From positions 4,800,001 through 4,864,000 of the forward strand of contig OZ245002.1 in the NCBI GenBank assembly GCA_965223415.1: a stretch of 64,000 nt of DNA, in the 5' to 3' direction. The notes beneath the pieces are model-generated. The model worked only from the letters and a program-made list of their open reading frames with translations, ran no database searches and had not been told where the DNA came from. This document shows positions 62,792 through 64,000 of the stretch, one piece after another; positions within the stretch are counted from its first letter, which is position 1; each line of letters opens with the position of its first letter. This DNA comes from Myxococcota bacterium. GTDB taxonomy: Bacteria; Myxococcota_A; UBA9160; UBA6930. The translations under genes and the position numbers were made by a program.

Positions 62792-63799
62792 CTAGGCGCG
62801 CCGGCGGCGGACGGCGGCGACGAGCCCGGCCAGGCCCAGCACGAGCAGCCCGGGCTCCGGCACCTGGAACACGTAGATCGCGCCGTCACCGCGATCGGTG
62901 ACGATCAGCTGCGAGCCGTCGGGCGTGAAGTCGAGGCCCGAGAACTCCGTGCAGCAATCGATGAACGAGAAGCCCGAGAACATCACGCTCACGTTGCCGG
63001 TGCTCGGATCGATGCGCAGCACCTGGTCGCTGGTCTTGTCGATCACCACCAGATCCCCCGTGACCGGATCGACGGTGATCGCGGCCACCCGGCCCAGGGG
63101 CACCGACGTGGCGAGCTGCACGGGCGTACCGGCCGCGGTGAGCTGCCAGATCGCGTTGGCGTCCACGTCGGCGATCCAGATGTCCGTGGCAGAGACGGCC
63201 ACGTCGACGGGCTGCACCAGGGGCGGCGTTCCGTTGGGATCCGTGTAGATCTGGAACTCGCCCTGGGCCGTGCCGAAGTTCCAGCCCCACAGCTCGTCGG
63301 GACCGAGGGAGCCTTCGTCGACCACGATCGACTGGCCCGGCAGCAGGTGGGCGCCGGTGTAGTTGGAGGGCGCGAAGGCCAGCGAGACCGGGTCGTCGTC
63401 GCCCGAATGGAAGCCGTCGACCCAGACCGTCGAGCCGGGCGTACCGAGCACGTGGCGATGGATGGCGCCGACGCCCGGCGTGGCGAAGAAGACGCTCCCG
63501 GTGGCCGGATCCACCACCACCCCAACGGCCCGCTCACCGGTCGCGACCCGGGTGGAGGTGCCGTCGGCGTTGATGCGGTAGAGACCGCCGTCGATGGCGG
63601 CGCTCGTGGTCACCGAGGCGTAGAGCAGGCCGTCGACCGGGTTGTATCGGGCCGAGTTCGCGTTGGCGAGAGACACGGTCCGGACCAGGCTCCACCCGCT
63701 CTCGTGGATCATCGGAGCGGCGTGCGCCGGTGCGGCGCCCAGCAGGGCCAGGAAGGCCAGGAAGCCAAGGGCGCGAGTCAGGTCGTGGATGCGTGACAT
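62792..63799 (-). CDS. PEP-CTERM-sorted beta-propeller surface protein
   Basis: Signal peptide, NHL-like repeats, C-terminal VPEP-TM-RRRRA; RBS GGAGG. Confidence 0.88.
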   Translation of the reverse strand: MSRIHDLTRALGFLAFLALLGAAPAHAAPMIHESGWSLVRTVSLANANSARYNPVDGLLYASVTTSAAIDGGLYRINADGTSTRVATGERAVGVVVDPATGSVFFATPGVGAIHRHVLGTPGSTVWVDGFHSGDDDPVSLAFAPSNYTGAHLLPGQSIVVDEGSLGPDELWGWNFGTAQGEFQIYTDPNGTPPLVQPVDVAVSATDIWIADVDANAIWQLTAAGTPVQLATSVPLGRVAAITVDPVTGDLVVIDKTSDQVLRIDPSTGNVSVMFSGFSFIDCCTEFSGLDFTPDGSQLIVTDRGDGAIYVFQVPEPGLLVLGLAGLVAAVRRRRA

Positions 63800-63937
63800 G
63801 GATCCTCCGCTCCGGCCGGCACCCATGCCGGCAGGCCCCTGAGCCCCTCGCTCCAGTAGGTGGCCACGGGGCCACAAACGTGTCGCGGGAACCGCCCGGT
63901 TCGGCACAAGACGATCCCCGAGGGGGCGAAGTAGGGC

Positions 63938-64000
63938 TCAGCTCAGGGAGGGCGGCCCGTGGCGTCCCCGCAGGGCCTTCGTCAGGCCCGAGAGGGCGAA
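63938..64000 (-). CDS. Possible 3' end of a gene entering from beyond the window
   Basis: Short open frame FALSGLTKALRGRHGPPSLS*. Confidence 0.25.
   Translation of the reverse strand, partial: FALSGLTKALRGRHGPPSLS

Noticed and set aside
63800..63937. Sigma-54 promoter or PrsR enhancer upstream of the PEP-CTERM gene
   Set aside because: No correctly spaced GG-N10-GC box found by eye.

Overview
Very GC-rich bacterial chromosomal segment (gene content suggests a Myxococcota/deltaproteobacteria-like organism; this is inference) that appears to span the replication terminus. Left part: an MSHA-type type IV pilus cluster (mshE, G, A, C, D, O, P, with an mshQ-like adhesin on the opposite strand). 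Centre: an 8.15-kb IS1-family cargo element (15086-23238, 17-bp imperfect terminal inverted repeats, 8-bp target duplication CTACTACT) inserted against a XerCD dif-like site (23244-23271). It carries a putative toxin-antitoxin pair, a small regulator, two hypothetical genes and an Ala-type tRNA-like structured RNA. Its transposase is split by an IS21 element, which is itself split by a second IS21 element. Next come housekeeping genes (yfgM-like, der, miaA, mutL, pgi, a nitrilase-family hydrolase) and a 38-bp-arm perfect palindrome. Right part: a large PEP-CTERM/exopolysaccharide and surface-glycan region (wza, priming transferase, ATPase, tyrosine kinase, co-polymerase, a Cys-less exosortase-like gene plus epsI, GT-C and GT2 enzymes, sulfatase, SGNH protein, carbamoyltransferase, a VTC-DUF4956-TPR-CotH-phosphoesterase operon, a PEP-CTERM protein) and a B1-type metallo-beta-lactamase. 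A recurring sigma-28-like promoter motif precedes many of the surface genes. All calls come from reading motifs by eye; no searches were run.
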